Source: Verrucomicrobiota bacterium
Lineage (GTDB): Bacteria > Verrucomicrobiota > Verrucomicrobiia > Opitutales > Seribacteraceae
Assembly (NCBI GenBank): GCA_027622665.1
Contig: JAQBYT010000009.1
Span: 1 to 64,000 of the forward strand
Reading direction: 5' to 3'
DNA length: 64,000 bases
Below are positions 38,994 to 49,793 of the stretch, in pieces. The notes below the pieces were generated by a model that was not told the origin of the DNA, searched no databases, and saw nothing but the letters and a program-made list of their open reading frames with translations. How positions within the stretch are numbered: the stretch's first letter is position 1; every line of letters begins with the position of its first letter. The position numbers and the translations under genes are program-made.

Positions 38994-39925
38994 GATTGCT
39001 CTCCCGACTCGACCGCGAGAAATAGACTTTCTACATCGGCCTTTCTTTCGTGAAAGGATTTCACGGGTGCCCCGAGTTCGACGAGGGCTCGCAGAAGGTT
39101 GGCGACTTCCTCGTTGTCGCCGTCGAAAGTGAACTCGATGAGTGTGGCGCTTTCATCCACTTCTCCTGAGAAATGGGCGCGTGGATGAGCAATCAGAAAA
39201 CCATGAGTCTCGGGAAAAGGATGGAGCAATTCCATCAAGATCGTCTTTGTGAGAGTTGCTCGTTCAACGACCTCTTTCAAGTTCCCGTTAATCACCATCT
39301 TGCCTTCCCGCATGATGCCGATCGAGTCGCACAGGCCCTGCAGTTCGGTCAGTACGTGAGAGGAGATCAATATGGTCTTCCCATCCTTCGCTAGACGTTT
39401 GAGGAGATTCCTGAGATCAATGCGGGCCTTCGGGTCAAGATTGGCGGCGGGTTCGTCTAGCAGGAGTACGGGTGGATCGTGAACCAAAGTCTTGGCCAGC
39501 AAGGCCCGTTGCTTCATTCCTCGAGAGAGGGTCTTGCACAGGACCTTTCTTTTGTCTTCCAGATTAGTTGCGGCAAGACAACGATCGACTTCCGCTTTTC
39601 GTTTTTCCAAAGTCGCACCGTAGGCGGATGCAAACAATTCGACGAATTCATCGACTCTAAGATCGTCGTATACGGGAGGGAAATCCGGCATGTAGCCAAG
39701 CATGCCTCGGACGTTTTCGGGTTCGTGCAGGGCCGAAATGCCATCGATGAGGATTTCGCCATAGGTCGGTTCCAGCAGAGTGGCGATGGCTTTGATGGTG
39801 GTCGTCTTTCCCGCGCCGTTTGGCCCGATGAGCCCGTACACTTCACCCTTCTTCACTTCGAAGGAAAGCCCGTCGACGGCGACATTGTCGCCATAATACA
39901 CCTTAAGGTCCCGAACCTCAATCAT
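38990..39925 (-). CDS. ABC transporter ATP-binding protein
   Basis: GPNGAGKTT, LSRGMKQR, LLLDEP, SSH. Confidence 0.95.
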   Translation of the reverse strand: MIEVRDLKVYYGDNVAVDGLSFEVKKGEVYGLIGPNGAGKTTTIKAIATLLEPTYGEILIDGISALHEPENVRGMLGYMPDFPPVYDDLRVDEFVELFASAYGATLEKRKAEVDRCLAATNLEDKRKVLCKTLSRGMKQRALLAKTLVHDPPVLLLDEPAANLDPKARIDLRNLLKRLAKDGKTILISSHVLTELQGLCDSIGIMREGKMVINGNLKEVVERATLTKTILMELLHPFPETHGFLIAHPRAHFSGEVDESATLIEFTFDGDNEEVANLLRALVELGAPVKSFHERKADVESLFLAVESGEQS

Positions 39926-39931
39926 TGCAGT

Positions 39932-40891
39932 TTAAAGCTTGAAGAGCTTTTTCGAGTTTCCGTGAAGGATTTTACGTTCGACTTTCTTGTCTTGGGCGAG
40001 GCGCCGAATAGTGGCGAGGATGAGCGAACCTTTGCAACCCACACCTCGACCGGCGGCATCCGGACAGTCGCTTCCGTAAAGGAGTTGATTGGGATGACGA
40101 GCAATGAAATCCTTGGCATGTTCCTCGTCGCGAAGCATAGAGTTTAGACCCGATCCCGCTGAAAAGTCTCCATACATATTCGGGTAGTTGGAGAGAAGTT
40201 TGTCGCTGATTCCGCCCGAATTCACCTTTGTCTTTGGGTACAGAATCGCCTGCTTGTGATTCTTGTCTATGTTGCCCCACCAAGTCTGGGCGTGCCCGAT
40301 GAAGTTTACCTCGGGGAACTTTTCCAGAGTACGATGGAATCTCTCAATGCCCAAGTTGTAGGCATTGTGCTGAAAATGCATCAGCACGGGAACTCCATAT
40401 TCACGGGCGACTTCAGCCACACTCCAGATGTGAGGTGAGTCGCAAGCCACATTGAATTTCTGCTCGCCGATTATAACGGCTCCCGCCTTTAGGTATTTCT
40501 CAAGTTCCTTGCGGGCGTTTGGAAGGTCGGGTACCTCGTTCACCCCGAATCGGAAATCCTCCGGGTGCTTTTTAGCCAAAGCCATGACTGTTTCGTTACC
40601 GCCTGTCTTGGCTGCAAGACCATTGGATTTGCCTTCGTGCGTGGAAGGTCGATTCACGGTGCTGCCTGCCGGAAGCAATAGAGTAGTCGTTACGCCCATC
40701 GCTCGCTGGTGAGCGACTAGTCTTTTGTCGGACCGAAAGAGATAGTTCGTGTGCTGATGAACGTCGATGACGGGTTCATCGATGGTAGTTCCCTTCTCTT
40801 TTCCCGGAGTTTGCGCTTGCATTGCAACCGCAATGGCAGGGGATGCGGAAGCGAGGAATCCCCTGCGCGAAATGAGGCGTCTTTTGTTCAT
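39932..40891 (-). CDS. Amidohydrolase_2-family protein with Tat signal
   Basis: SRRGFL, IDVHQH, IGE, VLMH, FIGH, LYGSD. Confidence 0.85.
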   Translation of the reverse strand: MNKRRLISRRGFLASASPAIAVAMQAQTPGKEKGTTIDEPVIDVHQHTNYLFRSDKRLVAHQRAMGVTTTLLLPAGSTVNRPSTHEGKSNGLAAKTGGNETVMALAKKHPEDFRFGVNEVPDLPNARKELEKYLKAGAVIIGEQKFNVACDSPHIWSVAEVAREYGVPVLMHFQHNAYNLGIERFHRTLEKFPEVNFIGHAQTWWGNIDKNHKQAILYPKTKVNSGGISDKLLSNYPNMYGDFSAGSGLNSMLRDEEHAKDFIARHPNQLLYGSDCPDAAGRGVGCKGSLILATIRRLAQDKKVERKILHGNSKKLFKL

Positions 40892-40976
40892 TTCCGCAAG
40901 TCGATCACTTCCTTTTATTGAAGGCAACTCGCAATCTGGCTTGGCTTGTTCTCTAACTTGTTCATCCTTTTTCACA

Positions 40977-42341
40977 GTGAAGCTCCTTCCTCCACTTTTC
41001 GCCGTCACTGTTTTCGCCTATGCCTCGATCCTCGTATCCGCGGAATTCAAGATAGCCACTTTCTCCGCTGACGTCACTGTACCAATTGGCCACGGTATGA
41101 TGGGCGGACTTTGGAAGTCCAAGAGCGTTGCCGACCCCCTATTCGCAAAGGGTGTCGTCTTGATCGGGGGAGAAAAGCCCGTGGTCTTCGTCAGCGTCGA
41201 TTGGTGCGAAATCCGCAACGCTTCCTTTGATCGTTGGCGGGAAGAACTTGCTCTGGCTGCCAGCACTAGTCGCGAGCGTGTTCTTGTCAGCGCCATACAC
41301 CAGCACGAGGCTCCCGTCACCGATCTCGATGCTCAGCAAATCCTGAATCGTCGCAACTTGGCCGGTAGCATATGTGATCTCGCCTTCCACGAGAAAGCCG
41401 TTCGTCGCGTTGCTTCCTCCCTTCGAATTGCCATGGATAAAAAGCAGCGAATCACCCACCTTGGCCTTGGCCAAGCCAAGGTCGAAAAGATCGCTTCCAA
41501 TAGGCGTTACGTTTTACCTGACGGAAAAATTTCCTTTGGTCGCGGGAGTTCAAGTGGTCGCAACGTTCTCGCCGCAAGGGCACCCGAGGGAACCATTGAC
41601 CCTTGGCTCAAGACGATTTCCTTTTGGAACGAAGATCGACCCATTGCTGCGCTCAGCGGTTACGCCACCCATCCTATGAGCTTTTACCGCACGGGTGAGG
41701 TGAGTGCAGACTTTCCGGGGATTGCTCGGAACCGCAGGCAAAAGGAAACGCCTGACTGTCTGCAAATTTACTTTAGCGGCGCCGCCGGAAACATCACTGC
41801 CGGCAAGTATAATTCCGGAGAGCGCAAGAACCGAGCCGTGCTCGCGAACCGTCTGCATGCCGCGATGGCTCTTGCTTGGAAGAATACGCGACGGCAAGCC
41901 CTAGAGCAGATTGAATTCCGGAACGCCGAGCTTTTTTTAAAGCCGCGTGACCATCCGGGTTTTACTGAAGCTGATTTTGAGAGAAAACTCGTAAAGGGAG
42001 TTAACCACTGGCACCAGTGCCTAGCGGCAATGGGTCTTAGTTGGCGTAGGCGTTGCGAACTTGGCCAACCTGTCGACGTGCCTGTAATCGATTTTGGTCC
42101 TGCCCAGCTTTTGTTGCTTCCGGGGGAAAGTTACGTCGAGTATCAGCTCGCCGCCCAGAAAATGCGGCCCGACTCGTTCGTCTTGGTGGCAGGTTATGGC
42201 GATGGGGGGACCGGTTACGTTCCCACCGAGAAGCATTGGGAAGAAAAGGACGGAAACCTTGGGGACTGGTGTTGGGTTCATCCCGGGGCAGAGAAACCTT
42301 TGCTAGAGGCTATCGAAAAAGTCTTAGTGAAAACGCCATGA
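40977..42341 (+). CDS. Conserved PVC protein (neutral ceramidase-like N-terminus)
   Basis: ADVTVP..DPLFAKG..HQHEAP..YATHPMS..GAAGN..LPGE; GTG start inferred. Confidence 0.7.
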   Translation: MKLLPPLFAVTVFAYASILVSAEFKIATFSADVTVPIGHGMMGGLWKSKSVADPLFAKGVVLIGGEKPVVFVSVDWCEIRNASFDRWREELALAASTSRERVLVSAIHQHEAPVTDLDAQQILNRRNLAGSICDLAFHEKAVRRVASSLRIAMDKKQRITHLGLGQAKVEKIASNRRYVLPDGKISFGRGSSSGRNVLAARAPEGTIDPWLKTISFWNEDRPIAALSGYATHPMSFYRTGEVSADFPGIARNRRQKETPDCLQIYFSGAAGNITAGKYNSGERKNRAVLANRLHAAMALAWKNTRRQALEQIEFRNAELFLKPRDHPGFTEADFERKLVKGVNHWHQCLAAMGLSWRRRCELGQPVDVPVIDFGPAQLLLLPGESYVEYQLAAQKMRPDSFVLVAGYGDGGTGYVPTEKHWEEKDGNLGDWCWVHPGAEKPLLEAIEKVLVKTP

Positions 42342-45300
42342 AAAACTACCTCGTTCTTTTTCTGGGTATTGTTCTTTCATCCGGTTTTGTCCACTCCGCC
42401 GAACCCGAGGCTTCCTTGGAGCAGTTGCCCGGATTGGTTCCCACAGAGGCGCGAGATGCCATGAAAGCTTTTCGCCTTAAAAAAGGTTTTAACATCGAGC
42501 TGGCGGCGGCTGAACCCCAAGTTGTCGATCCCGTATCCATGTCCTTTGATGCCGACGGCAGGCTTTACGTGGTGGAGATGATTGGCTATTCGGAACATCG
42601 TGACGACAAACTGGGGCGCGTTCGGTTGCTCGAGGACACCAATGACGACGGTCGATTCGACAAGGCCACGGTCTATGCCAAAGGCTTGGCTTGGCCTACT
42701 GCTGTAATCTGCTGCGATGGCGGGGTTTTCGTCGCCGTTACTCCAGATCTGCTTTACTTTCGTGATACTGATGGCGATGGCGTGGCCGATCAACGTCGCG
42801 TTGTTTACACTGGTTTTGGGAAGGAACGTTCGCGTCTCAACATGCAGGGATTGCCCAATAGTTTGCGTTGGGGATTGGATAACCGGATTCATGCCGTTAC
42901 GTCTTCAAATGGAGCTGTTCTCACTCGTCCCTCCGACGATAGCTTAAAGCCCATTCGACTCAATGGTCGTGACTTCTCTTTTGATCCACGCACTCTTGAT
43001 CTGCGTCCGGAGAGTGGAGGCGGTCAGCACGGGGCATCGTTCGATGATTACGGTCGGCGCTTTGTCTCCAGCAACAGCAATCACTTACAGGCCATTGTTT
43101 TCGATTCCCGCTACGCCGCGAATTCTCGCTATGCGATGCCAAGTCCGCGATTGGGCATTGCCGTAGACGGTTCGGCTGCCGAGGTGTTTCGGATAAGTCC
43201 CGATGAACCTTGGCGCATTGTCAGGACGCGTTGGAGGATTGCCTCCAAGGTGCGCGGTCCCGTCGAAGGTGGCGGCAGAGTGTCCGGGTATTTTACGGCT
43301 GCTACGGGAGTTGCCATATATCGTGGTGATGCTTTCGGTGCGGGTTTTCGGGGAAATGCTTTTGTCGCGGACGCCGGGAGCAACCTCGTGCATCGAAAGG
43401 TTCTCAATTATGAGGACGGGATTGTTCCCGTTGGCAAAAGACCTGAGGGTGAACGTTCATCCGAGTTCCTCGCATCGACCGACAACTGGTTCCGTCCTGT
43501 CCAGTTGGCCAACGGGCCTGACGGGTGCTTTTACGTTCTTGATATGTACCGTGAAGTGATTGAACACCCGTGGTCGCTTCCCCGCGGTATCAAGAAGCAC
43601 ATCGACCTCGACAGCGGGAATGATAGGGGGCGAATTTGGAGGATTGTGCCCGAGGGATTCGTTCGACCTCCCTCGCCTCGTTTTGGGAATTTGTCTTCCC
43701 CCGAGCTTGTCGCTATTCTATCTTCGCCTAATGCATGGCGTCGCGAAACTTCCGCCCGTCTGCTTTATGAGGGGCAAGACGCAAAGGCAGTTCCCGCTCT
43801 CTTGAAGCTGGCCATGGAAGGCGAGTCCCACATCGGTCGACTGCATGCTCTTTACGCTCTCGCGGGTTTAGATCAACTAAAACCTAATCACCTTGTCACG
43901 GCCATGAGCGACCGGCATCCCTTTCTTCGCGAACACGCCATTAGGTTGGCTGAACCCTTTCTTGTTAAAGATATCAATTCAAGCAGACCCTTGGCTCAGG
44001 CTATGCTTGCTTTGGCTCGGGACAAATCCCCGCACGTCCGTCTTCAATTTGCTCTTACTTCCGGTGTGGTTGAGTTTCCCGGCGAATTGCCTGCTCTGTT
44101 GGAAACCTTGGCCGTAAGTGGCAAAGACTCATGGATTCGATCCGCTGTCCTGAATGCCTTGTCCGCACAGGTGAACGAGCTGTTTTCCCACTTCGCCGAT
44201 TCAGTTCCGCCGCCTGATGCGAGCGAGGTGGTGGCTTTGGCCAATGGTTTGCGAAAAGGCGGTAACTCGCTCAGTCGTCTGCAGCCCGAAGCGCGGAAGT
44301 ACCTGCAGCGCGTTTCCATGGCTGTGGTCGAGGATGCCGATTGCTCGTCTGCCCTTCGCCTGCAAGCAATTGGTTTGCTGTCCACTCTAGACAAGAAGGC
44401 GGCCAGCCCGCCGTTGCTTGCTTTTCTGGATGCCACCGAAGCTTCCTTGCGTGACGGAGCCGTGAGGGAACTGGTGAACCTGGCGCCCGAGGGGCTAACG
44501 GCCGACTTGCTCGACCGCTGGAAGGTTTTGTCTTCGGGTTCGCGGGATGAAACGATCGGTTACTTTCTCGAGGCGTCCGAGCGGACGAACGCCTTGCTTG
44601 ACGCGATGGAGAAGGGGGTAGTAGCAATCACCGACTTGAGGGCGGGTCGCTTGACCACCTTGCGCAACCTCAAGGACGACATCTTCCGTAAACGAGCAGT
44701 TGAGTTGGTTGGTCTCGCCCCTCCCGAGCAGGAAAATATTCCGCGGGAGAAAGTTATCGAAAGCTACCTTCCCGCACTTCGACTTGCAGGCGACTCCACG
44801 CGTGGACGCGTGACCTACGTACAGCGTTGCGCCTCGTGTCATCGCGCGGGCAAGGAAGGCCACGCCCTTGGCCCCGACTTGGTCGCGTTGAAGGCGGCGG
44901 GACCGGAGAAGCTGTTGACTAACCTCATTGATCCCAGCCGCGAGGTGGCCGCCGATTTCGTGGCTTACGAGGTGCGTGGGCCAAAAGACAAGTTGCTTGG
45001 CTTGCTTGCGAACGAAACCACCACCCATCTCACTATTCGTTTCCCTTTGGGCAAGTCGGTCACCCTTTTGCGCAAAGAGGTTGATGGTATGAAAAGCCTT
45101 GGCCGTTCGCTTATGCCGGAGGGACTGGAAGCGGGCCTCGACCAACAGGCCATGGCCGACCTGCTCGCCTTCCTCGCCCACCCCGAGCCCGATCATCGAC
45201 TCCCGGCTTTTGATTTACTCATCTTTGCCGATGAAGTGGGTGGCCAACGTCCCGTGCGTTCACGAGAGGATTGGGAGAAACGGCGGACCTCCATATTGGA

Positions 45301-46225
45301 GGGGGCGGAAAAGGTCATGGGAACTTATCCCGTCGTTAAGAAGCGTGCTCCACCCGACTTGAAGATCATTGAATCAAAGGATGCCGGGACTTACCTTCTC
45401 CAATCGATTACCTACCAATCTTCGGCTTCTTCCGGTGTTCCCGCTCATCTGTGCATCCCAAAGGACGTCTTGTCGGGCAAACGAAAGGCGAAGGCCATTC
45501 TTTGCCTGCACCCGACGGACAACAAGGTGGGTCGTAAGGTTGTTCTCGGCTTGGGCGGACGGGCGAACCGCGCCTATGCGGCGGAATTGGCCGAGCGCGG
45601 GTTCGTCACGATCGCACCAGCCTATCCACTGTTGGCCGACTACCAACCCGACGTCGCAAACCTCGGCTACGCAAGCGGAACGATGAAGGCCGTTTGGGAC
45701 AACTCCCGAGCTCTCGATCTTCTGGAATCCCTGTCCTATGTCGATGCTTCCAATGGATTCGGTGTCATCGGCCATTCGCTGGGCGGTCACAACGCCATTT
45801 TTACCGCCACCTTCGAGAAGCGTATTTCCGCCATTGCCGTCAGTTGCTCCTTCGATTCGTTTCCGGACTACTACGATGGCAATGAAAAAAACTGGGTGTT
45901 TGGCAAAGGTTGGTGCCAGACACGCTACATGCCTCGACTCTCGGACTATCGAGGCCGCCTTGGAGAAATTCCCTTCGACTTCCCAGAGCTCCTAGGTGCC
46001 TTGGCTCCCCGCCATTTGTTCGTGAGTGCTCCCAAAGGCGACCACAACTTTCGCTGGGAAAGCGCTCGTCGTTGTACCGAGGCTGCCTCCAAGGTTTATT
46101 CCTTGCTTGAGTCGAAGGGTAACTTGGTTGTCCGCCATCCGGAATGCGCTCACGATTTCCCCTTAGCAATTCGTGAGGCCGCCTACGACTTTCTTGCCAA
46201 GGGGTTGGAAAGAAAAGAAAACTAG
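42338..46225 (+). CDS. PVC-type heme-binding (CxxCH) dehydrogenase fused to a C-terminal alpha/beta hydrolase
   Basis: AAEPQVVDPV..LEDTNDDG..WFRPV..GPDG; HEAT-like region; CASCH..GPDL..SLMPEGLE; then LCLHPT..GHSLGGHN..HDFP. Confidence 0.88.
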   Translation: MKNYLVLFLGIVLSSGFVHSAEPEASLEQLPGLVPTEARDAMKAFRLKKGFNIELAAAEPQVVDPVSMSFDADGRLYVVEMIGYSEHRDDKLGRVRLLEDTNDDGRFDKATVYAKGLAWPTAVICCDGGVFVAVTPDLLYFRDTDGDGVADQRRVVYTGFGKERSRLNMQGLPNSLRWGLDNRIHAVTSSNGAVLTRPSDDSLKPIRLNGRDFSFDPRTLDLRPESGGGQHGASFDDYGRRFVSSNSNHLQAIVFDSRYAANSRYAMPSPRLGIAVDGSAAEVFRISPDEPWRIVRTRWRIASKVRGPVEGGGRVSGYFTAATGVAIYRGDAFGAGFRGNAFVADAGSNLVHRKVLNYEDGIVPVGKRPEGERSSEFLASTDNWFRPVQLANGPDGCFYVLDMYREVIEHPWSLPRGIKKHIDLDSGNDRGRIWRIVPEGFVRPPSPRFGNLSSPELVAILSSPNAWRRETSARLLYEGQDAKAVPALLKLAMEGESHIGRLHALYALAGLDQLKPNHLVTAMSDRHPFLREHAIRLAEPFLVKDINSSRPLAQAMLALARDKSPHVRLQFALTSGVVEFPGELPALLETLAVSGKDSWIRSAVLNALSAQVNELFSHFADSVPPPDASEVVALANGLRKGGNSLSRLQPEARKYLQRVSMAVVEDADCSSALRLQAIGLLSTLDKKAASPPLLAFLDATEASLRDGAVRELVNLAPEGLTADLLDRWKVLSSGSRDETIGYFLEASERTNALLDAMEKGVVAITDLRAGRLTTLRNLKDDIFRKRAVELVGLAPPEQENIPREKVIESYLPALRLAGDSTRGRVTYVQRCASCHRAGKEGHALGPDLVALKAAGPEKLLTNLIDPSREVAADFVAYEVRGPKDKLLGLLANETTTHLTIRFPLGKSVTLLRKEVDGMKSLGRSLMPEGLEAGLDQQAMADLLAFLAHPEPDHRLPAFDLLIFADEVGGQRPVRSREDWEKRRTSILEGAEKVMGTYPVVKKRAPPDLKIIESKDAGTYLLQSITYQSSASSGVPAHLCIPKDVLSGKRKAKAILCLHPTDNKVGRKVVLGLGGRANRAYAAELAERGFVTIAPAYPLLADYQPDVANLGYASGTMKAVWDNSRALDLLESLSYVDASNGFGVIGHSLGGHNAIFTATFEKRISAIAVSCSFDSFPDYYDGNEKNWVFGKGWCQTRYMPRLSDYRGRLGEIPFDFPELLGALAPRHLFVSAPKGDHNFRWESARRCTEAASKVYSLLESKGNLVVRHPECAHDFPLAIREAAYDFLAKGLERKEN

Positions 46226-46332
46226 TTTTCCGATCCTAAGCCGATTTCCAGATGAAATCCTCGGTCCCTTTCCTCTTGGTGACGAATGGAAAAGACAGGA
46301 AGCCGGGATGGCTATTGCGGTTCGGTGGGTGG

Positions 46333-47508
46333 TCAGAGTTTGCCTTGAGCCTTGCGAAGGGCGGCGAGGGAAGCTTCGGACCCTATCAGAGAGTGCTTTG
46401 GTCGTGGGTGTTCCTTGTTGAACACCTGCAGCTTTTCCTTTGGCAGGGGCTTGAAGAATTTCTCGGTGATTTCATCGTCGTCACCCGTCACTTGGCTTAG
46501 GCGCAGCTTAAGGGTTTTGGCTAAGAATCGGTAGACCGGTTTGCGTTTTGAGAATTCATAACCGTGCTTTTCATCGGCGAGGTGAAAGTTATCCACATTA
46601 CTTGAGGAACCAAAGAGGGAGTAGATGCGCCTAGCGTATGGGAACTCGACCTTTGGCGTATTCTTGGTCCAGTCTCCACCCACACTAACAAGGAGTAGAG
46701 GTCGAGGGGCTGCCATGGCAGCGATTTCCGCGTTATTGGTCTTGTGGGTCTTGCTTTCGTGAACGGGCATGCCGCTCTCGCAGTTGCATCCCCCGTAAAA
46801 GTGGGCTGAAGCCATGACTACGGGTGCAGCTGCCCTTACGCGTGGGTCAAGAGCAGTCAGCATGAAGGTCTGGGTGCCGCCCCCGGATTCGCCCGTGACA
46901 CCGATGCGACTTGGATCCACCTCTCGGAAGCTCAGAAGATAGTCGAGGGCGCGCATGCTGTTCCAAGTCTGGTAAGCAAATACGTTTTTATCCTTCCGGT
47001 GATCGACATGGTTGGAATCCTCGTTCCAGCCCACCATATCGTAGGCGAAGACAATGGCTCCCATGCGGGCGAGGGAGGCGCAACGTGCTTGCGTGTATTC
47101 CGCGACTCGACCCTCTTTGGAATGTCCGTGGGGACAAAGGATGCCGGCAAACTTGCTGAGGCCGCCTTTTCGGAGAGGACGGTAGAGGTTACCGGTAACA
47201 AAAAAGCCGGGAAGACTCTCGAAGTGAACGTTCTCTACCGAATACCCATCCATTTCTTTAGAGGAATGGGAGTGGGCGTTTAGCGGTGAACGAGCGGGTA
47301 GGGGAACGAGTCCGGCTCCCTTTAGGATACCATCTCTATTTCGCTTGGCTCGGGTTTGCCACTCCTCGAGCGTGGAAAAAGTCTTACCGAAGATCTCGAG
47401 GTTGCGAGCCCCTTCCTCCTCGGGGATTTTTGGAAATGCATTAGCTGAAAGTGAAAACACCAGCATGCTTATTGCAGTGATAAATAGGATAGGGAGTCTT
47501 GCGTTCAT
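46333..47508 (-). CDS. Acetylxylan esterase-like alpha/beta hydrolase
   Basis: GNLYRP, LCPHGH, GVTGESGGGTQT, GCNCE, AAPRP. Confidence 0.85.
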   Translation of the reverse strand: MNARLPILFITAISMLVFSLSANAFPKIPEEEGARNLEIFGKTFSTLEEWQTRAKRNRDGILKGAGLVPLPARSPLNAHSHSSKEMDGYSVENVHFESLPGFFVTGNLYRPLRKGGLSKFAGILCPHGHSKEGRVAEYTQARCASLARMGAIVFAYDMVGWNEDSNHVDHRKDKNVFAYQTWNSMRALDYLLSFREVDPSRIGVTGESGGGTQTFMLTALDPRVRAAAPVVMASAHFYGGCNCESGMPVHESKTHKTNNAEIAAMAAPRPLLLVSVGGDWTKNTPKVEFPYARRIYSLFGSSSNVDNFHLADEKHGYEFSKRKPVYRFLAKTLKLRLSQVTGDDDEITEKFFKPLPKEKLQVFNKEHPRPKHSLIGSEASLAALRKAQGKL

Positions 47509-47649
47509 GACTTGAGCTGGGTTGGGAGAGTTATAAAAAAGCTGAGTTTCGTTTTCTTTTACTTGCCTAAAGCCTATGTTCCGGAACATTTGCAACTTCG
47601 AAACATCTCCATCCACCAAACACATATTCAAAAGGAACGCTTGTAAATC

Positions 47650-48363
47650 ATGAAGAATACCCATTTATTTCACCTTATCACATCTATCTTGGCCGTGGCT
47701 ATGCTAGCCGTCGCCCCTGCCTTCGGAGACAAGACGGCCGCCGGGAAAAGCCTTTTTGACGGCAAGACCCTCAAAGGATGGAACGGAGATCCTAAATTCT
47801 GGAAAGCCGCTGATGGAGCGATTGTTGGACAGACCACCAAGGAGACTCCCACCAATGGGAACACCTTCATCATTTGGGAAGATGGCAAGTTGGCCGACTT
47901 TGATCTCACTCTGGAATTCAAGATCGAGGGTGGCAATAGCGGCATCCAGTACCGCAGTTTCGTTAAGCCCGGGAAGCATGACGGTTGGCGCATCGGTGGT
48001 TATCAAGCCGATTTCGAGGCGGGCGACCGTTATTCGGGTATTTGCTATGGCGAAGGTTTTCGCGGAATTCTTTCTGACCGTGGTTTCCATACCACCCTCA
48101 CTATTGATGGCGGGAAGTTGAAGAAAAATGCGAAAAAATTCGGTGACTCCAAAGAAATCGGGAAAGCCGTTAAGAAAAATGATTGGAACACTTATCGCAT
48201 AACCGCGAAGGGATACCATTTTACGCACTATATCAACGATGTGAAAACCACTGAACTTACAGACAACGATGAGAAGACTCGTCGGGCCGATGGAGTGCTG
48301 GCTCTGCAGTTGCACGCCGGTTCACCGATGAAGGTGTCCTTCCGGAAGATCTATATGAAGTAG
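47650..48363 (+). CDS. DUF1080 (3-keto-disaccharide hydrolase) family protein
   Basis: LFDGKTLKGW, NSGIQYRS, GYQAD, WNTYRI, LALQLH. Confidence 0.9.
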   Translation: MKNTHLFHLITSILAVAMLAVAPAFGDKTAAGKSLFDGKTLKGWNGDPKFWKAADGAIVGQTTKETPTNGNTFIIWEDGKLADFDLTLEFKIEGGNSGIQYRSFVKPGKHDGWRIGGYQADFEAGDRYSGICYGEGFRGILSDRGFHTTLTIDGGKLKKNAKKFGDSKEIGKAVKKNDWNTYRITAKGYHFTHYINDVKTTELTDNDEKTRRADGVLALQLHAGSPMKVSFRKIYMK

Positions 48364-48376
48364 AAGAGTATCTTAA

Positions 48377-48406
48377 ACCATTTCGCACGATGTCGCGCGA
48401 AATGGT
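48377..48406. terminator. Hairpin downstream of the DUF1080 gene
   Basis: ACCATTTCGCACGA-TG-TCGCGCGAAATGGT inverted repeat; no clear U-tract. Confidence 0.45.
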
Positions 48407-48428
48407 CTCCTGCAGAAAACAGAATTAT

Positions 48429-48620
48429 TTATTTGGACAGGATGCCGTAGAGGAAGTAAGCCGATAGGCCCAGACTCGTGATAACGAGTATACACTTTAT
48501 GAGAGTTGATAGTGTATTGTGCAAGTCCGAGGGAGTAAGGTCATAGCTTGCATCTGTCACATCAGAAGATAACGAGATGGGTTTCCGTTTCATGGGAATC
48601 TTACTTGTTTCAAATCTCAA
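48429..48620 (-). CDS. Possible small membrane protein
   Basis: 63-aa ORF with one C-terminal hydrophobic stretch in an AT-rich intergenic region. Confidence 0.3.
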   Translation of the reverse strand: MRFETSKIPMKRKPISLSSDVTDASYDLTPSDLHNTLSTLIKCILVITSLGLSAYFLYGILSK

Positions 48621-48840
48621 TCGTACAGTTATTAGTGAAATTGCAATTCTTGGAGGTCTTTTTTGCTATTTCTTATTTGTTAATAAACCAATCGGATTGA
48701 TTAAAAGGAATCCTTAACGTAGTGATTAAAAATATAATATCTGGTCGTGGAGTTGCTTAAGTCAATGATAATTCACAGATGCCACGATCGTTTTGCACGA
48801 ACGATATATTTGACTCTCGTGCCGTCATAGTCCTTTGGCG

Positions 48841-49770
48841 ATGAAAGATAAAATCGTTTTGGCTGGTGGCACGGGGTTTCTGGGAAAAGCCTTGGCCCAG
48901 TGTTTTGCTGAAAAGGAGTATGAGGTTGTCGTGCTCGGCAGAAGCAATGAATTACCGGCGGACTTCCCACAAGCGCGACTTGTTACTTGGGATGCTCGAA
49001 CCATAGGATCTTGGATGAAGGAGTTGGAGGGAGCAAAAGCCTTAGTGAATCTTTGCGGGCGTTCGGTGGATTGTCGTTACAGCGAGACAAACCGTAGGTT
49101 GATTCTTGATTCGCGTGTCAAGGCGACGAGAGTTCTCGGTGATGCGGTCTCTCGAGCGACGATTCCGCCCAGGGTCTGGCTTAACGCCGGCACGGCGACT
49201 ATTTACGAGGATCGGCGAGTCGAATTGCCGCCACACGATGAAAATAGCGACGATTTAGGCCACGGTTTTTCCGTGGAAGTGGCGAAAGCGTGGGAGGAAG
49301 CTTTTTTGGAAACTCAGGTCCACAATGTGCGGAAGGTGGCTATGCGCATCAGCATTGTGCTGGGTAAAAGCGGGGGAGCCTTTCCCGTGATGCGCCGGTT
49401 CGCACAACTTGGGCTGGGAGGAAGGCAAGGACCCGGCTCGCAATGGATGAGCTGGTTGCACCTTGACGACTGGGTTGGCATCGTCGACTGGTTGGTGTCG
49501 CGTGACGGGGTTTCGGGGGTGGTGAACTTGGCCGCGCCCAATCCGGTTTCCAACGCTGTCTTTATGAGCCAAATGCGTTCCGCATTCGCACCTTTGGGCA
49601 TCGGTTTTCCTGCTCCAACTTTTGCCGTTCGATTTGGCGCCGTCTTTCTTCGTACGGCTCCAGAGCTAGTACTCAAAAGCCGTAAAGTGGTCTCAAGGGT
49701 CTTGCGGGACGAGGGTTACGTGTTTCTTTTCCCTACTTTAGAAGATGCAATCTCCGATTTGTCGGGATAA
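48841..49770 (+). CDS. TIGR01777-family NAD-dependent epimerase/oxidoreductase
   Basis: AGGTGFLG, SRV, WE, GLGGRQGPGSQWMSWLH, NLAAPNPV. Confidence 0.9.
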   Translation: MKDKIVLAGGTGFLGKALAQCFAEKEYEVVVLGRSNELPADFPQARLVTWDARTIGSWMKELEGAKALVNLCGRSVDCRYSETNRRLILDSRVKATRVLGDAVSRATIPPRVWLNAGTATIYEDRRVELPPHDENSDDLGHGFSVEVAKAWEEAFLETQVHNVRKVAMRISIVLGKSGGAFPVMRRFAQLGLGGRQGPGSQWMSWLHLDDWVGIVDWLVSRDGVSGVVNLAAPNPVSNAVFMSQMRSAFAPLGIGFPAPTFAVRFGAVFLRTAPELVLKSRKVVSRVLRDEGYVFLFPTLEDAISDLSG

Positions 49771-49793
49771 ATTCCCGTAATATTGAAACCCTG

